A stretch of DNA of 63,896 nt, the filler included, from Octopus bimaculoides (Eukaryota): assembly GCF_001194135.2 (NCBI RefSeq). It is 6 parts of 6 records of this genome, joined end to end, with 100 filler letters (N's around TTAATTAATTAA, not from the genome) between each part and the next. Parts side by side here need not be neighbours in the genome. Positions count along the whole stretch, not along the records: positions 1 to 4,687 come from NC_068983.1; positions 4,788 to 13,464 come from NC_068995.1; 4 more parts are not named here. One strand, given 5' to 3'. The position numbers were made by a program, and so were the translations under genes. Position 1 is the first letter of the stretch. Every line of letters starts with the position of its first letter. A model generated the notes under the pieces. The model was not told the origin of the DNA. It saw only the letters and a list, made by a program, of their open reading frames with translations, and made no database searches. Below are positions 1 to 11,248 of this stretch, piece after piece.

Positions 1-2185
1 CAATGCAGATGACTTAAGACACGCACGTACTGTACCAGCTCTATTCACCTTGGGAATAACTGGCAGTGTTTGCTTGAAGTCCCCTGAAAGAAGAAGTGTT
101 ATGCCTCCCATGGGAACTGTAGAGTCTTTGATGTCTCTCAGAGATCTATGTAGCGCCCCAAGAGCACCTCTGTGGGCCATTGTACATTCATCCCAAACGA
201 TAAGCTTGCATCGTCTGAACACTTCTGCCTGATCTGAGCTGTTACTGATGTTGCAAATTGGTGTGTCCGTCTTCGCTAAGTCAAGCGGAAGGTTGAAAGT
301 GGAGTGAGCTGTCCTGCCGCCTGGCAACAAAGTAGCCGCAATTCCAGATGATGCCACAGCTAAGGCAATGCCTTGTGTTTGCCTAATCTCAGCCAATATT
401 AAGTTTGTGACAAAAGTTTTGCCAGTTCCTGCAGGAGCGTCGAGGAAGAAAATCTCCCAGCTTTGTCCCGGACAGAATTAATAACGGAGTTGTAAGCGAA
501 CTTCTGTTCTGGAAGGAACTTTGGCTCATTGTTCGCTATGTACTGGGCAAGTTCATCAACATTATAACATGTCTCACGCAGCAAATCGGAAGACAGTGTG
601 TTGGGCGTTCCCAGTTTGTTGAAGGTAGTCCATACACTGGCAACGCACTCTCGCCCATATTGAGAACAGTATCTTCGATTTCAAGCAGCGCTCTGTTGTA
701 AATGCGGTCACTGTACTCAACGTCGATTGATGGATTTAGCAAGTGAACCTGATGCAGGAAATCTTCAGACATGTAATTTTTGTAGGTCAGCCATAAAGAA
801 GCGGGATCACCCAAGTCGCACCATAGGAGTAGAATAGCGAAAAGCGATCTTAGTNNNNNNNNNNNNNNNNNNNNNNNNNNNNNNNNNNNNNNNNNNNNNN
901 NNNNNNNNNNNNNNNNNNNNNNNNNNNNNNNNNNNNNNNNNNNNNNNNNNNNNNNNNNNNNNNNNNNNNNNNNNNNNNNNNNNNNNNNNNNNNNNNNNNN
1001 NNNNNNNNNNNNNNNNNNNNNNNNNNNNNNNNNNNNNNNNNNNNNNNNNNNNNNNNNNNNNNNNNNNNNNNNNNNNNNNNNNNNNNNNNNNNNNNNNNNN
1101 NNNNNNNNNNNNNNNNNNNNNNNNNNNNNNNNNNNNNNNNNNNNNNNNNNNNNNNNNNNNNNNNNNNNNNNNNNNNNNNNNNNNNNNNNNNNNNNNNNNN
1201 NNNNNNNNNNNNNNNNNNNNNNNNNNNNNNNNNNNNNNNNNNNNNNNNNNNNNNNNNNNNNNNNNNNNNNNNNNNNNNNNNNNNNNNNNNNNNNNNNNNN
1301 NNNNNNNNNNNNNNNNNNNNNNNNNNNNNNNNNNNNNNNNNNNNNNNNNNNNNNNNNNNNNNNNNNNNNNNNNNNNNNNNNNNNNNNNNNNNNNNNNNNN
1401 NNNNNNNNNNNNNNNNNNNNNNNNNNNNNNNNNNNNNNNNNNNNNNNNNNNNNNNNNNNNNNNNNNNNNNNNNNNNNNNNNNNNNNNNNNNNNNNNNNNN
1501 NNNNNNNNNNNNNNNNNNNNNNNNNNNNNNNNNNNNNNNNNNNNNNNNNNNNNNNNNNNNNNNNNNNNNNNNNNNNNNNNNNNNNNNNNNNNNNNNNNNN
1601 NNNNNNNNNNNNNNNNNNNNNNNNNNNNNNNNNNNNNNNNNNNNNNNNNNNNNNNNNNNNNNNNNNNNNNNNNNNNNNNNNNNNNNNNNNNNNNNNATTC
1701 TCAGGCCGCCTTCGTCTGTACAGTGGATATCCATCACCAGCGGTCTGGGTCTCGTCCACGAAACTCTTTGGGTATCGTTTAGTGCACACATGGTGTTTGT
1801 GGCATGAGGAGAATTTTTGAAAACCGGGATCGCACGGACCATGCACCATGTGTGCCTTGACAATATCGTACAGCTGTCGGTCAGCAGTGGGGTTTGGGAT
1901 TTCTGCTTTGATGATTTCATCTATAAGTGTAGGGTCTATTTTGGTGACCAACCAAACCAAAATGTGTGCATGTGGCAACCCTCTCTTCTGCCACTCAACA
2001 GTATACATGTGACACTTAACAGGGCCAAACACCTGCCCTATTTTGATGAAATCAATTAGCCTAGTCAGCTTCTGCTTGAAAATCCTGACAATAAGATCAT
2101 GCCGATAGCAGTACTGCTGGTGTGGGAGAAGTTCTCGTGTTACCTCAACCCACTTGGGGTTACATGTAAACGTGATGAATAAATC
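1..2185 (-). mobile_element. Helitron Rep/PIF1-helicase coding fragment, frameshifted and interrupted by a gap
   Basis: The minus strand gives Rep motifs LFITFTCNPKW (about 2185-2150) and YTVEWQKRGLPHAHIL, then HMVHGPC. PIF1 motifs follow: FFLDAPAGTGKTF, AVASSGIAATLLPGGRTAHSTF, IVWDECTM and LLLSGDFKQTLPVIP. The frame changes near 540-580. Confidence 0.93.
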
Positions 2186-2285
2186 NNNNNNNNNNNNNNN
2201 NNNNNNNNNNNNNNNNNNNNNNNNNNNNNNNNNNNNNNNNNNNNNNNNNNNNNNNNNNNNNNNNNNNNNNNNNNNNNNNNNNNNN

Positions 2286-2490
2286 TGGCAGAATTGTTAG
2301 CACGCTGGACGAAATGCTTAGCGGTATTTCGCCCGACATTCCGTTCTGAGTTCAAATTTCGCCGAGGTTGACTTTGCCTTTCATCCTTTCGGAGTCGATA
2401 AATTGAGTACCAGTGAAACACTAAGGTCGATGTAATCGACTCATCCTCCCCCACCACAAATTTTCGGCATTGTGCCTATAGTAGAAAGGA
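2286..2490 (+). mobile_element. tRNA-derived SINE, family A
   Basis: A-box-like TGGCAGAATTGTTAG, B-box-like GAGTTCAAATT, conserved core GACTTTGCCTTTCATCCTTTCGGAGTCGATAAATTGAGTACCAGT and an (ATT)n tail. More than 10 related copies lie in the window. Confidence 0.85.
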
Positions 2491-2536
2491 TTATTATTAC
2501 TGTTATTATTACTACTACTACTATTAATAAGACTAC

Positions 2537-2720
2537 GAGCTGTCAGAATCATTAGCACGCTGCGCGAAGTGCTTAGCGATATTTCGGCAGTTATCATGTT
2601 CTGGGTTCGAATTTCGCGGTGGTCGACTTTCCCTTTCATCCTTTCGGCGTCGATAAATTAAGTACCAGTGAAAGATTGGGGGTCGATGTAATCGACTCAT
2701 CCCCTCCCTCCTCACAAAAT
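2537..2720 (+). mobile_element. SINE family A copy
   Basis: Same head and core as 2286-2490; directly tandem to it. Confidence 0.85.
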
Positions 2721-2914
2721 GGATGCCCGTGGGGCAAAATTTGAAACCATTAATATTGTTCCAGAATGTGCTTTTTATCTTTCGAAAAAAACAAACAAAA
2801 AAAAAGCGACTCTACTACATGAAAACACTCTGTAATTCTTCCCTATGAAACATATAGTCAAAAATGATATTTCTGCGCTGTGTTTTGTTATCGTAATCAA
2901 GGATATTCCCGAAG

Positions 2915-3130
2915 AGGGTGGTACGCTGGTAGAGTTGTTTACGCGCGGTGTAAAATGTTAAGTGACATTTCTTCCTGCTTTACGTTCTGGGTTCAAATGC
3001 CACCGAGTTCGACTTTGCCTTTTATCCCTTTCGGGGTCGATAAAATAAGTACCAGTTGATCAGGGTCGATGTAATCGACTCACCCCATCTACCATGAAAT
3101 TGCTGGGCTTGTACCAAAATTTGTAACAAG
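2915..3130 (+). mobile_element. SINE family A copy, diverged head
   Basis: GGGTTCAAATGCCACCGAGTTCGACTTTGCCTTTTATCCCTTTCGGGGTCGATAAAATAAGTACCAGT. Confidence 0.8.
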
Positions 3131-4604
3131 TAATATTCCCGAATGGTATACCCAAGAAGGGGGAATAAAGAGGAGAAGCATTGCCCATGTTTTGCAAGGG
3201 CATTAACGGTGCACGTGCTGAAACCAAGAATCAAATTGAAACTTAAAATCGGATCGTCCTTTTTTCCAATCCGTCTGGCCCACTAATTTCCCTTAATACA
3301 GCCTAAAAATAGATATTTCCAAATAAATAACATGTATTACCACTTAACATTAATGTACTTATCTAATGACATAGCTTCTGCTATAAACATTTAACCAATA
3401 GAACACTTTATTGAGAATGACACTTTATTTAGTTCCGTTTCAACACGATAGGCAAACTTAAAACAATCTTTACTATTCGATATAAGAATAAAGACGACGC
3501 TGGTTTCCTCTTTCTTTCTACATTTTTTTACAATAACATTTATTTAAGTAATATTGATATTTAAAACATCAATATTAAATTAAAAAAAAAAAACTACAAA
3601 GAACCCCAAAACAGCGAATCTCAACAAACAAAATACAAATCCGATAAAAAAATTTGAGATATTTAAAACCGCTCCTTGGATAAAAACTAATTCGTAAATT
3701 TTAGAACAGAAGGATACATATAAATATCGTTTTTTTGAGGTAAGTTGTTTCATTTTATCACACTTGAAGACATTGGCTCATTAATTGTATAAGTTGTTCC
3801 GTTTTATCACACTTGAAGACGTTGACTCATTAATTGTGTAACTTATTTTACTGCGTCAAGTAAATAACAGAATAAAAGAAAGAATATGTACATTAGAATT
3901 GCAATTGGAAAAAATGTATAATTAAATATTAGTATTCAAAAGATGTTGATTAAATCAGACTTTTGTTAAGATCTTGTGTGTGCGCGTGTCGTGCGTGTGT
4001 ATGAGATCCAGTTTCTGAAATCCTGTCAGAATTCGTATGTTAAATATCCAAATCAATGTTGGTTGCCTCGAGAGTGCGTACGGTAATAAGCAGAAATAAA
4101 AAAAAAAAGTTAAGTTGAATAAAGGCCCAAATTTTAATACCCTGTAAAAAGCAAAATTCTGACGTCATGAAGCGGCTAATTGTAAATATAATGATTACTT
4201 AAAAAGAACTTCGAGGCCTAACAAGACAAACGCATTAGAAACAATTATGGAAAATGTAATTAAAATTAAGAGGAGTTCACGCTTTGTTGTCAACTCGAGT
4301 AACTCTGTGACAAAACGCATTCCAGCCATGACTCTCCTACCTTTTTTTAATGCACGATCTATCTAAGACGGTGCTTCCTTTTTTTTTACAGTGGAAAGGT
4401 GTGAGTTGAAACAGATTTGACTTCTATTTCTAGCAGACCGAGCAAATATGTTGAAGTTTACCTCAATTGCTCGAATTTAGAACAGTATAATAAATTTCCC
4501 AGCCAAATAATAGATAGTAAGTTAACAGTTACAAAGGCCATATAGTTATGCGAGCGAACAAGGAAGTTTTCTTTTTTTTTGCAGTTTCTCGTTATTTGAG
4601 TTGA

Positions 4605-4687
4605 GGCGCAATGACCCAGTGGTTAGGGCAGCGGACTCGCGGTCATAGGATCGCGGTTTCGATTCTCAGACCGGGCGTTGTGAGTGT
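4605..4687 (+). mobile_element. tRNA-derived SINE head of a separate family, cut by a gap
   Basis: GGCGCAATGACCCAGTGGTTAGGGCAGCGGACTCGCGGTCATAGGATCGCGGTTTCGATTC has A and B boxes and no closing acceptor stem. Confidence 0.7.
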
Positions 4688-4731
4688 NNNNNNNNNNNNN
4701 NNNNNNNNNNNNNNNNNNNNNNNNNNNNNNN

Positions 4732-4743
4732 TTAATTAATTAA
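4732..4743. other. Artificial gap linker TTAATTAATTAA; also at 13509-13520, 26870-26881, 38881-38892 and 62165-62176
   Basis: The identical 12-mer has stops in all six frames and is centred in N-runs each time (44 N on each side where counted). Confidence 0.92.
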
Positions 4744-5699
4744 NNNNNNNNNNNNNNNNNNNNNNNNNNNNNNNNNNNNNNNNNNNNACTTTAATAGTTT
4801 CAGTATTAAAGTGAAACTATTAAAGTGAAAATATCTGGCATTACAATAGAGAGATGTTATTGTTCCACTTTTGACACGTAATATTGCAATAGTGGAGGAG
4901 ATGTGATATTGCACTGGGCTCGCACTAGGCAAGAAGTTAAAAATTTGGGGGCCTAAAACACTACATGGACCCTAAGTAAGGCATGTGTAAAATTTGAATG
5001 AAATTGGTTGTTTAGTTCTCAAGTTTTAGGGATTCACACAGACAGACAAACAGACACACAGACAGACACACATTATCATCTTTATATATATATATATTTA
5101 TTCAGATAAGCAACCTTGTTTTTCAACCTAGTACATCTAAATCTCTTTTTTCAGCGCAAATCATAATTACCTTATTAGTTCTGTTCATTATTCTATCTAT
5201 TTCACTATCTATCCATGTAAACATAGTTTTGACTTCTACGCTGTATGTTTAGAGAAAAATAAAACTTAAGAGCCCTTCGCTCAATCCTCTTTCCACCTCT
5301 TTTTCACGCTCATTTATTATTGTCACTTATTCATTCATTTATCTAATTTTGTCACAGTTTGGCTAACCGATAACTCTTGGTTATAGCTCTAGTTAAGAAT
5401 TCAAATGCTCAATTCTATCTTATTATTATCGTCTCACACCAGCAGTCTGAGTTTTTGCTGTTTTGCGGTGCACCCACCCTTCCCAGCCCCACCACCTGTA
5501 CCAGAAGTCTCTATCCTCTGACCTCTATCGGATGTCTCTTCCATAAACAGCTCCAAAGGCTTCATGTTCCCCCATCCCTACTTAGGGTTTATCTCCTATG
5601 TAATGTAGTGATTATATAGTGCATAAAAAGATGGTGTAGTGAATGCAAGTTGAAGGCTATTGTATGTTTATGAGTTCTGCCAAATGCAAGCTTTCTTTT

Positions 5700-7074
5700 C
5701 AGGTATATGGCACTGCTGTCTCCCATCCCAGGGTCCTATGGGCCCACATCTCCCACACCCTCAGAGTTGGCACACTTAATGTTGGCACACTGAAAGTTAG
5801 GTCTGGTGAGATTAAGATGCTTGAACGGAGATGTATAGATTTGTACTGCATCCAAGAAGTCAAGTGGAGAGGAAGTTCTGCCAGGTTCCACACAGGCAAA
5901 GAACATAGGTATAAGATTTTCTGGGCAGGGAACACTGACGGGGTTGGGGGCATGGGTATACTTCTTGCAGAGAAATGGGTTGATTAGGTAATCAAGGTAG
6001 TCAGAGTCTGTGACAGAATACTTAAGATTAGATTAATACTACATCATGGGTTAACAACCATTATCTTGGCCTATGCCTCTCAGCCGGGGCTACATGATGA
6101 ACAGAAAGACCAATTTTATGACACCCTCTTGCAGACTACCTCATCGATGAATGACAAGGATCTTCTCTTTGTGACTGGTGACTTCAATGGGCATGTTGAA
6201 CAATATGCAGGGGTCTTCCATGACATACATGAAGGCTATGGTTTTGGTTCCCACAATGAGGTGGGAACCAGGCTGCTGGAGTTCTGCAAGGTAAATGATG
6301 TTATGCTTTGTAATACTAACTTCAGGAAACCTGCCAGTCACCTAGTCACCAACCAATTTGGTGGATACACTAGTCAAATTGACTACATCCTCACCAGGAA
6401 ACAGGAAAGATGGCTACTTATAAATGCCAAAACTTTCTCAAGAGAAGAATGCACCCCACAACATAGATTAGTCGTTAGTGATTTCAGGATCAGGGCTAAA
6501 TGGATGCCCAGAAGATGACCAGCATGGAGAAGAAGGGTTTGGAAGCTTAAGGATCCTGTGAATGGACAGAGATTTAGAGACGTATTACTCAAAGCTTTTG
6601 ATGAGATAGAGGGGGATATGGCATCACATGATGTGGAAGACAACAAGAGGTTTCTATGGGATAACCTGTTGAGGACTACTGACTAGATCTGTGGGTGGTG
6701 CAATGTTCCCTCTCGACTCAAGATAACATGGTGGTGGAACAATGTTGTTGACAGGGCTATTAGACAAAAGAAACAGGCATGGAAGGACTGGAAGAACAGT
6801 GGTAGCAGGGATTTTGTATCAGACTGCCAGAATGGAAGCTAGGAGACAGGTTTATTTAGCCAGAGGGGAAGAAGATGAGAAAAAATTTGCCAATGTTCTG
6901 CATCAGGAGGACCAAAGACTTGAAGTGTTTCGTGTTGCAAGACAGTGTGTGAGAGAGAATCGTGATGTTATAGGAGAGAAATGTGTCTGCATGGATGATG
7001 GCTCACTTGCATTTAATGAGGCTGCAAGGAGAGAGACTTGGAGACATCACTATGAAAGGTTACTAAATGAAAAA
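5700..7074 (+). mobile_element. RTE-clade LINE, 5' part (APE endonuclease and linker), degenerate
   Basis: TLRVGTLNVGTL, CIQEVKWRG, GDFNGHV, SQIDYIL, PQHRLVV and WWWNNVVDRAIRQKKQAWKDWK; several stops and frameshifts. Confidence 0.92.
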
Positions 7075-7390
7075 TGTGATGTAAAGGAAGAAAAAAGACA
7101 CAAGCAAAGAGAGAATTACAGTAGCCGGAAAAAGGGTCACTTTCAACATCCACGTGCTGTCTTGATCTCCAAGGTTCACTCCAAGTCCACAAGCGCTATC
7201 TGTTGCTGTAGAGTCTCACACATCCACTCTGATGTGCTGTTCACTGCCAACTGACCCACATGCTTCACTGAATGCCACATGTCCACTGCGGCACTTCTTG
7301 TAGGATCCACAGACACCACTTCCGACAGGACATGCCTACTCCCTTACTTCCGATCCTTCCCTACAACACAGCCTGGCTCATAACACCACA
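7075..7390 (-). repeat. 3' LTR of the Gypsy element (316 bp)
   Basis: Direct repeat of 10914-11243. By eye there are about 35 substitutions and one indel of about 14 nt. Confidence 0.95.
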
Positions 7391-7392
7391 TG

Positions 7393-7400
7393 CCCCCCTT
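7393..7400 (-). promoter_or_regulatory. Polypurine tract
   Basis: The minus strand reads AAGGGGGG-CA immediately before the 3' LTR start TGTGGTG. Confidence 0.8.
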
Positions 7401-7459
7401 GATCTGAAGATCATTCAACCAACTTGCCCACGCCCTCTTCTCAACCCTGACCACACACC

Positions 7460-10400
7460 TTAACTTGTCTCCCTCTGTGACCGCCATGGTACTTCAGGAC
7501 TGGCCTCAGTTCCTGGCATGTTCCTGCCAGCTTCGTCCTCTTGTCCATTACTGTTGGCTCCATCCTCCATTGCAGTGATGACCCTGCACACATCCAAAAC
7601 ATGTCGTGGCATGCCATCTACGGATACGTTATTCCTCGAATTCACAGAGGTTATTGTCTCCTTTTCCCACTGTGATGTGCACCATGCATTTGGGGGCTTA
7701 ACCCAGACTTCTTCGACCTGCACAAAGGCATGCTCCTTCTCTTCTGTGGGTTGTGGCAATGCAGTACATGGATACCTCCACTCGTACTTGAATATTGCCC
7801 TGTGTGGTACTGACTCCTCAGCCTGTCCCATCCTGGGCGACATACTATACCAAAAAACAACCTCGACCAGTGAGATGGGCCTCTCTCTGCTATGGTCTTG
7901 ATGGTACGATGATGCCTTTCCACAACCCCATTGCCACTTGGCCAGTATGCTGCCCTGAAGAAACGACTGACATGCCACTTGTCAAGCATTTCCCCCAGCA
8001 CCTCCAAGCAAAATGCAGTGCCATTGTCCACAAGCAGCTCTTCCACAGGGCCTCATTCTAGGAATAGCTCATTCAGTATTCTTGCGATTTCCTCCCCAGT
8101 CCCCATCTTCATCTCCCTCCATATGGCCAACCACCCTGGTCCACAGTCGACCATCGAGAGGTATGTCCCCTGCCAGTAGTGCATCATGTCCACTACCAGT
8201 CATTTCCAGTTGTGTTCCACTGGAGTACTTCCTGCCTCATGCACACCCAGAGCAGGGTCAATGGACTGGCACCTGTCACAGCTCCCAACTACTCTTTGCA
8301 CACTCTGCCTGGTAATGTCAGAGTCAACTTTCCTGGCTAGGAACAGGGTCCTGTCCAACCCCATGTGATGCATAGTATACAATCTCCTCAGCTCCGAGTC
8401 ACTCAGTCAACACATCTTGCTCAAGATTCTCTGGCACCTGCAACCAGGCTTTCTTTACTCTGGTCAGGACGTCCATTCTGTTCCTCTCTGAGGGCATAAA
8501 AACCACACTCAGCCTCAGGTCAAACTCAGCAGCTAGCTCGCCCAGAATTCCCAGACAGCGTTTTATCAACATCTCTGCACGCCCTTTGGTTCACACTCTC
8601 TGCTTGCCTGTGATCACTGATCCCACCCACCTAAGTACAGTGGCTGAATCTGTCCGGATCTTGATGGTACACAGCCCCCACCTCAGGCCCAGGTTCAGCC
8701 CTTTCAGCATGGCATCCAGCTCTGCCACGTTGACGTAGTTGCAGTCATCCTTCTTCCTGAGCCAGGCCGCATCCTCCACCACAACATCTCCAATTTCCAG
8801 GACAACTCTTGTCGCCATACTGCTGGCATCACACCACATGATCCCCTTCTTCAATTTGGGCATATACCAGTTCCCTCTTACTGGGTCCACTGCAGTTACC
8901 CTCTCCAAGACTTCTTGCATCATGGCGGTTGTCTTCTTGCCTACATTATCACTCCACCTCACTCCCTCAGCTCGCCTCTCGATGAAGCTGCATGCTGTCC
9001 GGTGTCATCCTGCAATCGGGTAGTGTCCCAGTAGCTTCCCACACACAGAAAACAGTTCTCGCCTACTCGTCTTTGAGCCCAGTTCTGGGATTTCATTCCC
9101 TCTCCAAAACACTAACACGCCAGCCTTGCCTCTCCGTAGCTTGAGTCCCAGGGTAGCTCCTCCTTCCATTGCCACCAGTGGTTTGGCAGTTAGCCCAAAA
9201 CTCTTCAGGTGGCTTATGACCTCCTTTGGCAACACTATGCTCTCATCCACCAGGATGTCATCGATATAGGAATTGGTGGCTCTTTTCACTTTGTTGGTCT
9301 TTCCCAGGATGGTCTTTAGAATTGTTGTCATAATCTTCAGTGCTGAATTCAGCCCGAATCCCAACCTGGTCAGGCCGTACATCCATCTCTTATACCTTAC
9401 CAGCTGATATTTCCACAGTCTCTCAGCCACATGCAGCTGCAGGTATGCCGACTTCATATGGCACAATACGTGGTCGTTCAGCTCCCGGAAATCCAATACT
9501 GGCCTGACTTTGTTTCGTTAGCTGCACCACTGCCATCAGCGATAGCACTCCAGTCTTCACTTCCTCCTTCCAAGGAATCAGAATACCTTCCTTGATCCAC
9601 CGGTCCACCTCTCCTTCGAACTCGCTTCTGGCATCCCCTTTCAGGTTATGCTAATAGCAGCCTACCACGTTCTTCAATGTCGGAGGATCTCCCTTCCAGT
9701 GTGCCATTCCAATGTACACTGCCGGCCATCGAACACAGCTCAAAATCTTTGTCTGTGATGGTGTGTGCAGCATATTTTTCTACGCAGCTCTCACCACTCT
9801 CCTGTCAGGAACTCACTCTCCTGTCATGAACTCAACGCATAGCGCCCCCACATCACTGAACGTTACACTAGCTTCATTGACCATAACACCTCCCAAGCGG
9901 ACAATGACATCCATCCCCATCATGACATCCATCCCGTCCACTACACAATCAATTACAATGGCCTGCAACCTCAATCTTGTTCCTTGTACTACCATTTCCA
10001 CATCACTACTTCCTCTGCATTCAATTTCCATACCATCAACATCCCTTACACTACTCACTCCACTCCATTCTTCCACCATTTCTGGAATCATTAGGGTTGT
10101 TGAGCAGCCCATGTCCACAAGGGCTCGTGACACCTTTCCATTCACCACGACATCTACTACTGCCAACGACTGTAAACATGTCTCTATTCCTTTCATGGGA
10201 CAACTACCGGTGCAGTAGTCTCCTTTGGACCGTGTCCCTGCATGCATTCACTAGTGATGTGGCCTATCACTCCAGGCCTGGATTCCCTGCAGCCCCTCGC
10301 CATGTGCGAACCTTGGCACCGAAAACACACACATTCATTGTTTGACCCCTCTCCACTGCTCTTTGTTCGACCCCTTCTTGGTGTTGCAGTCACTGCCAAA

Positions 10401-10890
10401 GGTGTTGTCCTGCAGCATGAGATGATGGCTCTGGCCTGAGATATTACCTCTCCCATTGCCATAGAGTGAATGTTCGGCAGCTTCTGCAGCTCGACTGACA
10501 TGTGGTCAGGAAATCCTGTCACAAAGGCTAATTTTACAGTTTGTTCTAAAGCGCTATCGCTATATCCCACGAGTCTAGCTAATCTCCTGATTTCATTGGC
10601 AAACACATCGACTTGTTTGCCCATCCACTTTGCTTTCCCTAGTCAACCATATGCCATAAATGGCCCTTCTGTGAAAGCCTCCATCAGCTAGCATTCTATT
10701 TTTTCTGCACTCAGCTGGTCCTTCTCTTCCATTTCCAGGTACAGCGCCAACGCCGATCCATCGAGGTACAATGATATAAAACTCGCTAAATCAGCTATAC
10801 CTTGGAGTCTTGCCACCAACTTAATTTTTGGCACCCAAGCCGTCACATCTCCCTCGCCATAAAATGGCCTTAACAACCCATCATTTTTTT
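7460..10890 (-). pseudogene. Degenerate gag-pol of the Gypsy element
   Basis: Gag with zinc knuckle CFRCQGSHMARGC; protease RALVDMGC (DTG-like); RT with DFRELN, KSAYLQ, RLGFGLNSA and SYIDDILV; RNase H WCDASS...AELDA...TDS; integrase HHMG...CDRC, VDNG and GNGVVER. Many stops and frameshifts, plus an apparent deletion inside RT. Confidence 0.92.
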
Positions 10891-10913
10891 TTCTTGTTTG
10901 AGCCCAAATAGCT

Positions 10914-11243
10914 TGTGATGTAAAGGAAGAAAAAAGACAAAAGCGAAGAGAGAAGTACAGTAGTCTTACCTGTCGGTCTGGAAAAAGGGTCACTTTCAAC
11001 ATCCACATGCTGTCTCAATCTCCAAGGTTCACTCCACGTCCACGTGTGCTATCTGTCGCTGTACCGTCTCAAACATCCGTTCTGATGTGCTGTTCACCAC
11101 CAGCTGACCCTCATGCTTCACTGAATGCTTCATGTCCACCGCAGCACTTCCGGTGGGATCCACAGGCCCCACTTCCTACAGGATATATCTACTCCCTCAC
11201 TTCCGATCCTTCTCTACAACACAGCCTGGCTCATAACACCACA
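10914..11243 (-). repeat. 5' LTR of the Gypsy element (330 bp)
   Basis: Direct repeat of 7075-7390; sits next to the gag start. Confidence 0.95.
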
Positions 11244-11248
11244 AAAAG

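Larger units (their letters stand above)
7075..11243 (-). mobile_element. Ty3/Gypsy LTR retrotransposon, structurally complete but degenerate, inserted into the RTE LINE
   Basis: Two LTRs with TGTGATG...CACCACA ends, internal order gag-PR-RT-RNaseH-IN, a polypurine tract, and a probable 5-bp TSD AAAAA (7070-7074) / AAAAG (11244-11248). Confidence 0.95.

Noticed and set aside
4605-4687. Possible tRNA gene
   Set aside because: It has A and B boxes but no closing acceptor stem and continues into a SINE-like body. The same applies to the heads of SINE families A and B.
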